The position numbers and the translations under genes were made by a program. A stretch of DNA of 63,860 nucleotides, counting the filler, from Octopus bimaculoides (lineage: Eukaryota), in assembly GCF_001194135.2 (NCBI RefSeq). It is 9 parts of 7 records of this genome, joined end to end, with 100 filler letters (N's around TTAATTAATTAA, not from the genome) between each part and the next. Parts side by side here need not be neighbours in the genome. Positions count along the whole stretch, not along the records: positions 46,710 to 53,310 come from NC_068991.1; positions 53,411 to 56,131 come from NW_026324153.1; positions 56,232 to 59,627 come from NW_026412975.1; positions 59,728 to 63,860 come from NC_069010.1; 5 more parts are not named here. One strand, given 5' to 3'. Shown piece by piece: positions 50,307 through 63,860 of the stretch (positions are counted from its first letter, which is position 1; each line of letters opens with the position of its first letter). The notes beneath the pieces were generated by a model. The model did not search any database. It was not told the DNA's origin and saw nothing but the letters and a program-made list of their open reading frames with translations.

Positions 50307-53243
50307 CGACTGGCTTCTTTCAGTTTCCGTCTACTCACAAGGCTTTGGTCAGCCCGAGGCTATAGTAGAAGACACTTGCCCAAGGTGCCACACAGTGGGA
50401 CTGAACCCAGAACCATGGGGTTGGTAAGCAGCTACTTACCACACAGCCACTTCTGCGTCTAAGGAAATTGAATAGAAAATTGGCATAAGTGGTGTGATGG
50501 GGTAGCTATAAAGATGAATGATGCTTAGGATGAGTGATTGAGGGATAGATATGGGAAATAGTTAATGAGAGAGGTAAATGTCATTGAAGAGGCACAGGTG
50601 GGAGAGTGAATGATGGCTAAATAGTTCCATACCCACAGAAACAAAATGCTATAGAAATACAGATTATGTGAATTAAAGTTCAATTACTTTTGCACTTACA
50701 GACAAATAGCAACACGATTACCTTCATGTATTGGTGGCCTCTAATAGCTAGCAGTGTAAAATCATCATCATCATCATCATCATCATCGTTTAACGTCCGC
50801 TTTCCATGCTAGCATGGGTTGGACGATTTGACTGAGGACTGGTGAAACCGGATGGCAACACCAGGCTCCAGTCTGATTTGGCAGAGTTTCTACAGCTGGA
50901 TGCCCTTCCTAACGCCAACCACTCAGAGAGTGTAGTGGGTGCTTTTACGTGTCACCCGCACGAAAACGGCCACGCTCGAAATGGTGTCTTTTNNNNNNNN
51001 NNNNNNNNNNNNNNNNNNNNNNNNNNNNNNNNNNNNNNNNNNNNNNNNNNNNNNNNNNNNNNNNNNNNNNNNNNNNNNNNNNNNNNNNNNNNNNNNNNNN
51101 NNNNNNNNNNNNNNNNNNNNNNNNNNNNNNNNNNNNNNNNNNNNNNNNNNNNNNNNNNNNNNNNNNNNNNNNNNNNNNNNNNNNNNNNNNNNNNNNNNNN
51201 NNNNNNNNNNNNNNNNNNNNNNNNNNNNNNNNNNNNNNNNNNNNNNNNNNNNNNNNNNNNNNNNNNNNNNNNNNNNNNNNNNNNNNNNNNNNNNNNNNNN
51301 NNNNNNNNNNNNNNNNNNNNNNNNNNNNNNNNNNNNNNNNNNNNNNNNNNNNNNNNNNNNNNNNNNNNNNNNNNNNNNNNNNNNNNNNNNNNNNNNNNNN
51401 NNNNNNNNNNNNNNNNNNNNNNNNNNNNNNNNNNNNNNNNNNNNNNNNNNNNNNNNNNNNNNNNNNNNNNNNNNNNNNNNNNNNNNNNNNNNNNNNNNNN
51501 NNNNNNNNNNNNNNNNNNNNNNNNNNNNNNNNNNNNNNNNNNNNNNNNNNNNNNNNNNNNNNNNNNNNNNNNNNNNNNNNNNNNNNNNNNNNNNNNNNNN
51601 NNNNNNNNNNNNNNNNNNNNNNNNNNNNNNNNNNNNNNNNNNNNNNNNNNNNNNNNNNNNNNNNNNNNNNNNNNNNNNNNNNNNNNNNNNNNNNNNNNNN
51701 NNNNNNNNNNNNNNNNNNNNNNNNNNNNNNNNNNNNNNGTAAAATCATCATCATCATCATCATCATCATCGTTTAACGTCCGCTTTCCATGCTAGCATGG
51801 GTTGGATGATTTGATTGAGGACTGGTGAAACCAGATGGCTACACCAGGCTCCAATCTGATTTGGCAGAGTTTCTACAGCTGGATGCCCTTCCTAACGCAA
51901 ACCACTCCGAGAGTGTAGTGGGTGCTTTTACGTGTCACCCGCACGAAGGCCAGTCAGGCGGTACTGGCAACGGCCACGCTCAAAATGGTGTATTTTATGT
52001 GCCACAAAAATAGGGTGCACATCAAACAGCCCTTATTTGTTGTTGTCAATATTTGAATATAAAAGAAATCATTAATGCTTGTCTCCTCTGTGATATCTTA
52101 CTTTCTTACTTTTTTTTTACAGGGTCCTAAATCTGTGAAAAACAAAGCCAACTCCACTCCAAATACTCACCCGACCAAGAAGCAAAAAATTGAGGTTGTG
52201 AAGAGGTCGTTTTCTGCATCCAGTGTTTTCCATCACATTGATTAATAGAAGCGATTCCGAGAATCTTACTATCTACCGTCATGTCCAATTTTGGATCTGC
52301 TTCTGTAATTAACTCGTTAATTTACGGATCCATTTCTGTTTCAACTCATCAATCCAATTTCATTTCATTTCATTTTATAGATTAAAAGAAGACTATACTT
52401 GTTGATATGTTGGAGTAGGGAGAGGGGGAATGCTGTGAAGTAGAAGACACCTGGAACGTTTCCTAATTTACTGCAGGTTATTAACACATATGTCTGTGTT
52501 CTTGGTTGCTGAGATTATTAAGATGTTTCTCTCCATCTTGGTTTTCTGTGAGGTGAAACAGAGGACAACTTGTTGATTGCATGTTATTTAAGAAGATTAA
52601 AAATATATCTCTCTCTCTCCATACATTAGCCATACATCTAATAAATATATCTATCATTGGGATTCATTCATTTTCGACAAAAATTATGCCAACTCAAGTC
52701 TTCCTCTATTCTAAACCAACATCTCCATCTTTGGAAATGAGGGAACAGCTTTCTTTTATTTCTCTTCCAGATCAACCTTTATGATATATATATAAATGTA
52801 TATGATATATATGAATTTAATTCTTTAATATACATATATATTACATATGTGTGTATGTGTTTGAAATATTGTTTTTCGAAGCATGTCACATAAAACTCTA
52901 AATAATAGCATGTAAATATTGGTTTGAAAAACCACTTTGGGTAGGAAAAGTCAAAGTCTCTCTTTACAAAGGGGTTTTTCAGCTGAATTATTTAGTTGCT
53001 ATAATTTATAGCTTTATGTGATGTGCTTTGAGGACCAGTGTTCCAAGTAACAATTGTTTCATATTCCTTTCAAAATTAATAAAATTCCTGTAACATCAAC
53101 AAAACACACACTCACACACGTATACAGTGGTATCGACCAGATTATTGGATGTTATATTCTGATAGTCACAATGCATTTAACAGTGTTTTAACTTTTGAGT
53201 GATACCACCTTACTGCCTAGGCAGACAGACCAATATATATAGC

Positions 53244-53310
<67 letters not shown>

Positions 53311-55108
53311 NNNNNNNNNNNNNNNNNNNNNNNNNNNNNNNNNNNNNNNNNNNNTTAATTAATTAANNNNNNNNNNNNNNNNNNNNNNNNNNNNNNNNNN
53401 NNNNNNNNNNTATATATATATGTATGCATATATATATATACATACATATATATATATATACATACATATACTTATATACGTATATATAGTGCATATATAC
53501 ATACATATATATATATGTATATAAAGATATGTCCATATATCTATAAATATGTGTATATATACGCTATATACATACATACATACGTACAAACTTACATATG
53601 TACATATACACACTCTATGTATATATTTATACATATTTGTGCTTGCCAGTTTGTTGGGGAAAGATATAAGAAACGGCAACAATTAAAAAGCAACAAAGTC
53701 AATATAGAAGGAGAGACAAACAAAAAAAACTTCATATAGAGAGAACGGGGTCAAGAACATCCTTTGTCTTAGAATTCAAGCCCTCAAGCCCTTAGAACGC
53801 AAGCCCTCTGGAGGTATGTTTTAACCGAGATTCCAATGAAAGCTATTGAAAGATCATTTTTTAAGACTATTTGCTTCCATACACACACACATTCAAACAC
53901 GCATACATTGCACGGATAAGCACACACCCATTTGTATATAGACTTATGTATATGAATTTATATATACACACAGATACATACATATATCAATGCATGTTGT
54001 TAGTGCCGTATGAATTGTATAAACTTTCCAGCATACGTGAAGTAATTCTTGTTCAGAAAACCTGGAAGCACTCACATGAATCTATATATAATAGCATACA
54101 AATAATATCGATACTCTTTTCAGTGCAAAATGTGGAAGACTGTCTCACACACATATGTATATGCATACATATATATATATATATATTATATATATATATT
54201 ATATATATATATATATATATACATGACGGGCATGATTCAGTTTCCATCTACCAAATCCACGTACAAGGCTTTGTTTGGCCCAAGTTTATTGCAGAAGACA
54301 CGCATCCAAGATGTCACGCAGTGAGACTGAACCCGGAACCTTGTGACTGGAGAGCAAGCTTCTTACCACAGAGCTGCTGCTTGTCTCCTTTGAAGGGACA
54401 AATTGTTTTCCATTAAATATAAATAGCAGGGTTGCGATATGGAAGACATAAGTGAAAGAAGTCTCCAGTACTAGACTAGTGCTTATTTAGTCGACCCCCG
54501 CTTGAGCACCCAAACGATTCTCGGCCAGCGAATGATAAATGGCGTATTCTTGACTGACAACGACCCACTACTGTTGTCAAGGCAGGAATCGAAACCACTT
54601 GGCTCCGTCGGACCCCACCATCCTTAAAGTACTTCCTGCCCCAGTACCATAACATAATACAGATCTGAGCCCCAGCTGTGACTGTTGTTTCCTATTTGTG
54701 TACACATAATGTACACATAATACGTATCTCTATAGGTTCTTCTCAGCAAATCACTTTTTAATTAATGAAAAAATAAAATTAAAACATTAAAAACAAAAGT
54801 AACTGAAACAACGATAAACAAACGAAGTAGAAAATAAAATTAATCAGTATTTACAATGAGATCGATCCTGTGATCTGTTGATTCAACGATAAACCAGTTG
54901 TTGCTTACTGCCGTACACTGACAATAAGCGACGTTTGATTATTGTACGCTTATTATATGGAAATTTATTATGTGTTATCTGTAACAAGATTAGCATTTCT
55001 GGTCATTATTTGAACAGCTGGACAAAGATTTAAACAGCAACAGCTAAGGCGGTATCAGAGAGGTTGCTATGGACAAAATTGATGTTACATATATAAGTAT
55101 CAGTCAGC

Positions 55109-55171
<63 letters not shown>

Positions 55172-56449
55172 ACGTCCTCTTTCTCTCTCTGTATATATAT
55201 ATATATATATATACAAACACTCATCTACACGATTATACATATGTGTATTTGGGTGTGTGATTATGCCTGTGTACACATCCATATAGTCACATATGCATGC
55301 AAATACATAAACAGGTATGTGTATATAAATATACATCTTATGTGTGTTCACGGCTGTGCAAACTTTTGCACACGCCAACATGATTAAAGATAGCGCTTAT
55401 GCCTATGATAGGGTGTAGGCTACATACTTCCGGTAGATCAGCAAGGCTCCATTTCTTTGCCATAATTTGTCAGGTAAAGTTTATTGTTCTTATTGTGTTG
55501 CTGTCTTGCTTGTTGTTTTTGCTGCTGCTACTGCCGCAGGTTATTTTATCTCCAAATCAAACCTGATTGAACATATCTATGAGGATAGGCATTTACAGTT
55601 GCAGCATTGCCGTCTTTTTGTATGTTTAGACACACGTTGTCCAGTAAGTCCTCCATTTTGAAAGACATTGTTATTTGGTATTGTTGCTGTTTCAAGCAGG
55701 CAGAAAATATATTTAAACCGGCCAAGGCGGTGAGCTGGCTGAATCGTTATCAGGACAGGCAAAATGCTTACCGCCATTTAGTCCGTCATTACGTTCTGAG
55801 TTCAAATTTCGCCGAAGTCGATTTCGCCTTTCATATTTCTGGAGTCGATAACATAAGTACACATTGAAAAGTGGAGTCGATGTAATCAACTTATCCCCTC
55901 TCGTCAAAACTACAGCGCCTTTCAAATCAATAACTTTAAAACTGCCAAAAATATTCGATAGTCGAATAAAATATCTTACACTATATATTCCGGCCCTTTT
56001 CTTTCTGAATAAACAAGAGACGACGCTGCATATAAATTACACGCGACATATACACACACAATATATATATATTTACTAATGCTGAAGAGATTCATCTTAT
56101 AATGATTTTAATTTTATAAATTAATTATCTANNNNNNNNNNNNNNNNNNNNNNNNNNNNNNNNNNNNNNNNNNNNTTAATTAATTAANNNNNNNNNNNNN
56201 NNNNNNNNNNNNNNNNNNNNNNNNNNNNNNNAAAATCTATGCTAAAGTTTGTTGTTGCTGTTGTTGTTGTTGCTTTTGCATAGACCCAGATCTGCACTGA
56301 AGAAACATTCCTACGGTGAATGGCGATTCCGTGACGGCAATCGTGTCCTTTTTAATGGAATGTGCGTGTGTGCCTGTGTGTATGATTGACCGTTGACCGA
56401 ACACTATTCAATTTTTTTTTTCTCCGTATTTTTCTCCTTGTCTCCGTAT

Positions 56450-56486
56450 TCTTTCTGTTGAAGAGTGTAGCTCGAAACGTTAAAGA
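56450..56486 (+). ncRNA. Minimal type I hammerhead-ribozyme-like motif (variant core) in a Penelope-type repeat
   Basis: TCTTT-CTGTTGA-A-GAG tgtag CTC-GAAA-CGTT-AAAGA: stem I TCTTT/AAAGA, stem II GAG/CTC, palindromic ACGT stem III and a GUU triplet. The core has U in place of the conserved A6 and one extra A. Confidence 0.5.
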
Positions 56487-56644
56487 CTTTCCGTATTCCC
56501 GAGCGTCATACTAATACATCCTTTTGTTGTTTACACCACCTGTCCTCGTCTGTTGTTGTTTTTCGAACATTCTCTCATATATAAATATATATATATACGA
56601 CGGGTTTCTGTAAGTTTCCGTCTACTAGATCTACCCACAAGTCA

Positions 56645-56985
56645 TTGAAGGGTCTGGGCCTGCTGTAGAAGACACTCACGCATGAGAGTCGCTCTCATGT
56701 TCAGCTGTAGCACGGAGATATTCTTTGCCTCAAATGCGAAAATTATGCTTAGTCGCTTTGCCATTCGTATGACATGTGGCCACATCGCTGAAAACAAGAC
56801 GTTCCTTGAACTCGGCTTCTTGAAGTTTCTCTTGCATATCAACACAGAATTGTTTGCGTTTTCGCTTGTCATCTGCTGTTATGGCCTGAACGAGCTGCAG
56901 CCTGTAAGGTTTCATTAGCAAGCGTTTCCTCAGGACGCGCCAAACTATCGTTGGAGGAATCTGCGTTTCCAGACTTCTTGGGACA
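56645..56985 (-). mobile_element. Tc1/mariner-superfamily (maT/rosa-like) transposase fragment
   Basis: IPPTIVWRVLRKRLLMKPYRLQLVQAITADDKRKRKQFC...LVFSDVATCHTNGKATKHNFRI, matching the FSDEATF..NG.VN.HN.RIW pattern. Confidence 0.85.
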
Positions 56986-56990
56986 TAAGT

Positions 56991-57037
<47 letters not shown>

Positions 57038-59257
57038 GCGTGTATATATATATATATACATAGAGAGAAAGAGAGAGAGAGAGAGAGAGACACGTAAACT
57101 GCTATACCACGTATACTATGTGCTTACACATTGAGACACAACAGTATACATATGACTGCTTATGAACATACGAATCAGCATACATACATACATACATACA
57201 TATACACAGTCATACAAACATACATGCATACATGCATGCTTATGTACTTATGTATATACATTCACGCAAATAAACATACATATATTCGTACATACATACT
57301 CACATACATAGAAACATACATGCATACATACTTATGTACCTACATGAATACATAGATACATATAAACAGACATACATACCTACGTACATACCTACGTACA
57401 TACATACGTAAGTACCTACATACATACTCACATACAAACAAACATTAATGCATACATATGTACCTACTTACATATATACAGTTATATCCTCCTACACATA
57501 TATACGTACATACATACGTAAGTACCTACCTACCTACCTGCCTACCTACCTCCCTACCTACCTACCTACCTACCTACCTACATACATACATATTAGTCAG
57601 CATCTCTCCTGTACAACATTATCTTTAAAGTGAACCAGTTTCACTTCACAAACCCAAGCAAATAATTTATCTTTTAAATATCTTTCTTCAATATATTTAT
57701 TTACTTACTTGTCAGATTTATCTCCCCTGAGGAAATAACTGCCGTGCAAGAAACACAATGGCTATTCTATCATCTCATTTCTATTGCCACGTTATATAAC
57801 TAACTTGTTTCTCCCGTTTCATAGCTCTCCATTTTACTTACATTTGACATCATCATCTTTTTTTATACTCATTTCGGTGTATTTGATGATGGATAGCACT
57901 CTTTACTTTCTCTTTTATTACTGTGTTTGTGTTATGTGTCTTGGGGACTTTTTTAATCTGTTCTATGCCTTTGTAACACAATTCACATCTCTTTCTGTTT
58001 GTGTTTTTGCATTTATTTCCAATTATATATATTTAGTTATTGATGTTCTTTATTTTTGTTTTAAATCCGGTGTTTGATATTCAATGCAACTGTTTATATA
58101 TTAATAGAATTTCTATCTATTTATCTATCAATCTATCTATCTATCTACATATATCTATCTATCTATTTATATATCTATGTATCTATCTAACTAACTATCT
58201 ATCTATCTATCTATATGTACATACAGTGTGTGTGTGTGTGTATAAAGGCAATAAATATATTTGAAGATTCTGAAAATTATTCGATCCGTGAAGAGGGGTA
58301 CCACTGCACGGGGCCAAAGATTCCAGATCGCTGTCGAGATTTAGAATTAGACATTGCAACGGGGACCGAAAGTCTTAAGAGACATACAGGTGTGGATGTA
58401 GATATCCATCGGAAAAATAGAGAAAGAAGAAAAGGAAGAAAGAAAGGAAAACAGGACCTTCTGCTGTACAAAGTTCCAGACGAATCTACTTCGCGGCAAG
58501 AAACGCAACTTAGAGCAACGTGAGTGACCTCCCTCATTCACCAAAATACCTTCTAAGGAAGGGGGACGGGAGTTAGTGAAAATCTAGCAACACTAATGTC
58601 GATGCCACAGCATGGCCGCAGTTTATGGCTGCGGTTCTCAACCATATTTCGTCTATGGACTCCTTTGATTCCTATGTTACTCAGGCGGACCTCCCCCATA
58701 ACGATTTGACATTTCAAAAAATATTCTTATAATTCAATATTAGGAATTGCATAAAAAAAAAAAAAGAAATGTTAAAATATTTTGTAAAAATGTAACCATT
58801 TCATTGAATATAAATTTTAAGAACAAATAATACAGTATTCTTTTCTGCTCTAGGCACAAGGCCCGAAATTTTGGGGAGGGGGCCAGTCGATTAGATCGAC
58901 TCCAGTATGCAACTGGTATTTAATTTATCGACCCCGAAAGGAAGAAAGGCAAAGTCGACCTCGGCGGAATTTGAACTAAGCATTTCGCCCGGCGTGCTAA
59001 CGTTTCTGCCAGCTCGCCGCCTTTTATATGTGTGTGTATANNNNNNNNNNNNNNNNNNNNNNNNNNNNNNNNNNNNNNNNNNNNNNNNNNNNNNNNNNNN
59101 NNNNNNNNNNNNNNNNNNNNNNNNNNNNNNNNNNNNNNNNNNNNNNNNNNNNNNNNNNNNNNNNNNNNNNNNNNNNNNNNNNNNNNNNNNNNNNNNNNNN
59201 NNNNNNNNNNNNNNNNNNNNNNNNNNNNNNNNNNNNNNNNNNNNNNNNNNNNNNNNN

Positions 59258-59320
<63 letters not shown>

Positions 59321-59749
59321 CTTTATGTATAAATATGTATGTATATATATATACACACAGATACACGCACTCGAACAATTAAATGCATCCATATACATAT
59401 GTACGTATATATATTATATGCATATGTATATATGTTCAATCACACACATAGACATTTATACATACATTCACACATGTTTATATACATGTATACCTACACT
59501 CACACACACATATATATACACATATGTATATACGTGCATGCATACGAAAATACATGCATAAATTCATTCATCAACTCATCCAGCCATAAATACTTAATAC
59601 TTCACACATACACACACACACACACATNNNNNNNNNNNNNNNNNNNNNNNNNNNNNNNNNNNNNNNNNNNNTTAATTAATTAANNNNNNNNNNNNNNNNN
59701 NNNNNNNNNNNNNNNNNNNNNNNNNNNAGCTGACCTCGCCCAACTGATT

Positions 59750-60400
59750 TCTCCAATACCAGTGGCTAACGTGAAGAAAACAATCAATTTTTAAAAGACA
59801 GAACGATGATAGGGGACTAAAAATGGATCGCTTATAACAATGAGAAGCACAAACCATCGTTGGCGAAGCGTGACGAACCACCACAAACAACGTGTCCGGA
59901 AAAAGTTATGCTTTCAGTTTGATGGGATTGGAATGGTGTCGTCCCATAGACAGGACCATCAGTTCGGATTTGTGGCGTGACCTGCTGGACAAATTAATTG
60001 CAGCAATCCACCAGAAGAGTCCAGTACTTGCTGACCATAAAGAGCATTGTGTTTCATCGACGACGATGCAAGACTGCACACTTGCAGATGCAGCAGAAAT
60101 TACTGGGGCTTGCTGGGAAATTCAGCCCCACCCTCCGTAGTCACCTGACCTTTGCACCTTCAGATTTCCACCTGTTTCAACCTCTTCAAAATTCATTGAA
60201 TGGACAACTCTTCAACTCCGAAGTATTTTCGACCAGTAAAGACAGAGAAATTCTTTGAGCAAGGAACAAGGAAGATGGCAGAAGATCTTGGAACTAAACG
60301 GCAATGATATCATTGGCGGAATAGATCACTTTGTCCTTGAGGGTTGTGTCTTATTTTCAATTAAAAGCCGAAAGGTCTTTTTGGGGCCAATTGGATATCA
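59750..60400 (+). mobile_element. Decayed mariner (DD34D) 3' two-thirds
   Basis: KWIAYNN, KKVMLSV*WDW.GV, LDKLIAAIHQK.P.LA, HPP*SPDL/APSDFHLFQPLQNSLNG, with many frameshifts. Confidence 0.9.
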
Positions 60401-60608
60401 ACTCTTCTCTCAAAATTGCTGACATTAAGCTTGAATCAGAAGCAGCCTCTTGTTTCGTTTTTCGTTTCTTTGCTATTCCTGTCACACGTTTTGTATGTAC
60501 TCACACACGCTCGGCAGTTCGATCCTGTCCTCGATCCTTTTTTTTTCTTTTTTTGTCAACCGTCGTGGTTAATAAACCGAGCCAAATGCTGTAACCACCA
60601 CCACCACC

Positions 60609-60670
<62 letters not shown>

Positions 60671-61496
60671 TACAAAGACATGCAAAGCATAATATACATC
60701 GCTTCNNNNNNNNNNNNNNNNNNNNNNNNNNNNNNNNNNNNNNNNNNNNNNNNNNNNNNNNNNNNNNNNNNNNNNNNNNNNNNNNNNNNNNNNNNNNNNN
60801 NNNNNNNNNNNNNNNNNNNNNNNNNNNNNNNNNNNNNNNNNNNNNNNNNNNNNNNNNNNNNNNNNNNNNNNNNNNNNNNNNNNNNNNNNNNNNNNNNNNN
60901 NNNNNNNNNNNNNNNNNNNNNNNNNNNNNNNNNNNNNNNNNNNNNNNNNNNNNNNNNNNNNNNNNNNNNNNNNNNNNNNNNNNNNNNNNNNNNNNNNNNN
61001 NNNNNNNNNNNNNNNNNNNNNNNNNNNNNNNNNNNNNNNNNNNNNNNNNNNNNNNNNNNNNNNNNNNNNNNNNNNNNNNNNNNNNNNNNNNNNNNNNNNN
61101 NNNNNNNNNNNNNNNNNNNNNNNNNNNNNNNNNNNNNNNNNNNNNNNNNNNNNNNNNNNNNNNNNNNNNNNNNNNNNNNNNNNNNNNNNNNNNNNNNNNN
61201 NNNNNNNNNNNNNNNNNNNNNNNNNNNNNNNNNNNNNNNNNNNNNNNNNNNNNNNNNNNNNNNNNNNNNNNNNNNNNNNNNNNNNNNNNNNNNNNNNNNN
61301 NNNNNNNNNNNNNNNNNNNNNNNNNNNNNNNNNNNNNNNNNNNNNNNNNNNNNNNNNNNNNNNNNNNNNNNNNNNNNNNNNNNNNNNNNNNNNNNNNNNN
61401 NNNNNNNNNNNNNNNNNNNNNNNNNNNNNNNNNNNNNNNNNNNNNNNNNNNNNNNNNNNNNNNNNNNNNNNNNNNNNNNNNNNNNNNNNNNNNNNN

Positions 61497-61536
<40 letters not shown>

Positions 61537-63806
61537 GCGTATATAACGTGTCAATATGCGTATATGTGTACATACATGTCGCTGTGTATGTATATCTATC
61601 TACCTATCTGTCTATCTGTTGGGCTATTTATTTATCTGTCTTTGTCTCAGCCTCGCTGTCTACTCTTTCCATGCATGTATGTATGTATGTATGTATGTAT
61701 GCATATATGTATGCATATATGTATGGCATTATTTTGTTTTATTCCAAGATTTCTTGTTAATAGAGGAAGAGACGGTTTCAAGCCTAGATCCAAGATTCCT
61801 TCATTGGAATTTCATCAGGGTATTTTTGTATGTAGGCGCGTACGTGTGCAGTATTTGGAGACAGGCTATATGTGCAGGCTTGTATGTTTTGCTTTATGTA
61901 TGTATTTATTCTCATGCATATAGTCACATATCTAGACATGCTCATATATATATAAATGATAAACTTGTGGAAAGTTTTATAGATTTTCACAGTTCCAGGG
62001 ATGGCTTGGATCTGTAGTCTTCGAACCAGCTTTCTCTTTCCTGGTTTTGAGAAGCCTGGTTTTTCAAGATTGGTAATTAGGCAGTATGTTACATATCCCA
62101 GTACCACAATAATTACAGGTATAAACCTGAACTTGTAATCTGGATAGAGTAACTGCAGATTTCTCAGTAGGTATTCTCTTTTTTTTACTGATTTTCAGCT
62201 TTATGTTCCCATCTGCTGGGCAGCTGATTTCCACAACTGTACACAGTCTCTATTATTTATCCCAAATTACTATATCAGGTCTATTATGCTAACATTTTAT
62301 TGATTGCCCTCTACTGTCTTAAAGACCACTTTCTCTATTTCTCACCACTTCCGGTCACTTCAGCCATATAACCACACACGTGCTTCTCTTGGACTTTTTT
62401 TTCCTTCTCCGGACTTTCGTTTCTCCCCTTTCTGACGAAACGTTACACACTGACTCTTTTTTTCCCGCTAAGTTACGGGGACGTAAACACACCAGCATCG
62501 GTTGTCAAGCGATGTTGGGGGACAAACACAGACACACAAACACACACACACACACACACACACACANNNNNNNNNNNNNNNNNNNNNNNNNNNNNNNNNN
62601 NNNNNNNNNNNNNNNNNNNNNNNNNNNNNNNNNNNNNNNNNNNNNNNNNNNNNNNNNNNNNNNNNNNNNNNNNNNNNNNNNNNNNNNNNNNNNNNNNNNN
62701 NNNNNNNNNNNNNNNNNNNNNNNNNNNNNNNNNNNNNNNNNNNNNNNNNNNNNNNATATATATATATATATATATACGACAGGCTTCTTTCAGTTTCCGT
62801 CTACCAAATCCACTCACAAGGCTTTGGTCAGCCCGAGGCTATAGAAGAAGACACTTGCCCAAGGTGCCACGCAGTGGGACTGAACCCGGAACCATGTGGT
62901 TGGGAAGCAAGCTACTTACAAGATCCAAAGATTTAGTGCAGGACGTTTGTAAGCTTTGACCTGTCCGAAGCAGATACAAAAAACGATGTTCAGGAACAAT
63001 GATAACATATTGGCACGGTTTTCAGGCTTTTGCCATATTGAAGTTTGATAAGCTGGGAAAGCAAAACCCGTTTTTATAGCTGACGGTTAGCAACTTGAGT
63101 TGCTAGAAATGCGAATTGAAATCCACATTGAGGGAGTGGAGCAGGTAAGATGCAGGCTACGTAGGTTTCTTAGCTTGAAGATGCTCCGATTGTCTGGCCC
63201 ACTGGTTGCTCCTGATTGGATCCTCCGGGAGGAGACGCATGACGATTCGTGACCCTCCCAAGAATACTGGACGGAAAAGATGAATGGATGGATAAATGGA
63301 TGCCGATTGCCGTTATGCTTATACTTGACAGATGTTAAAATCATTTTATAGACTATTTTCATAAAAACTATTTTGGGGCTTAAATAATACGATTTCAAAT
63401 GTCAACAAGAAAATATCATCCTCAAAAATATGACAGAATCTACGTTTTCGGTTGCATTTTGAAACTCCAAGAGTTTCAATGTGTCGTATGTTAATTAGTT
63501 GTTATTGTCGATAAGGCTTTCTTTGATTTTTGTTTTTTTTTCTGTTTTCTATTTTCTTATTTATTTATTTATTTATTTGGCAGTCCCGTTACATTTATAG
63601 TAAAATCTGAAGAACTTGGTTTAATATTTGGAAGTCAAAAATTTCCCCAATTAGCCTTAAAACTTATCCATCGTCGTTAGTCAATAAAAGAAGAGCACAC
63701 CAGACGAGATACTGCTCCAGCATGACCACTACGAAAAGAAGATGTCTGTGAAAGAATATATATGTCTGTGCGTGTATACATGTATGTATTCATGTGTGTG
63801 AATGTG

Positions 63807-63860
<54 letters not shown>

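Noticed and set aside
50757-52010. Two tandem copies of the RTE 3' tail either side of a gap
   Set aside because: Both begin with the same gtaaaa flank and face a gap, so an assembly duplicate or an ordinary tandem insertion of an abundant repeat is likely.
57728-57765. CTGAGGA...GAAAC, a possible third hammerhead
   Set aside because: No convincing stem I or stem III pairing could be drawn.
24684-59683. Regularly recurring TTAATTAATTAA 12-mer (8 copies) that could look like an array or a motif
   Set aside because: It is always centred in a fixed-size N gap and gives stops in all six frames. It is a scaffolding marker, not biology.
60416-60705. ORF with His8-Tyr7-Asp runs and DYKD, reminiscent of affinity tags
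   Set aside because: It is the translation of a compound (CAC)n(TAC)n(GAC)n microsatellite, with no coding evidence.

Overview
AT-rich eukaryotic genomic DNA saturated with microsatellites and retroposons. The repeat families and composition point to an octopus (inference, not proven). The assembly is fragmented: many N-gaps, eight of them carrying an artificial TTAATTAATTAA marker, so order and orientation across those joins are unverified. Three intron-containing genes can be partly reconstructed by hand from GT-AG sites with matching phases. (1) Four 3' exons of lunapark (LNPK) on the minus strand, 22573 to 14949; the 5' half was not found. (2) At least two plus-strand exons (25920-26052, 28705-28773) of a protein resembling the mostly bacterial DUF885 family. 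(3) Three plus-strand exons (32893-38272) encoding a MyTH4 domain of the myosin-X/PLEKHH type. The remainder is RTE LINE relics, several tRNA-derived SINE families, mariner/Tc1/maT relics, a TTAA-flanked MITE and Penelope-like remnants, including a hammerhead-ribozyme-like motif. Most entries in the ORF track are microsatellite or gap artefacts. All family assignments come from motif recognition by eye; no database search was run. No CRISPR array, rRNA or authentic tRNA gene was seen.
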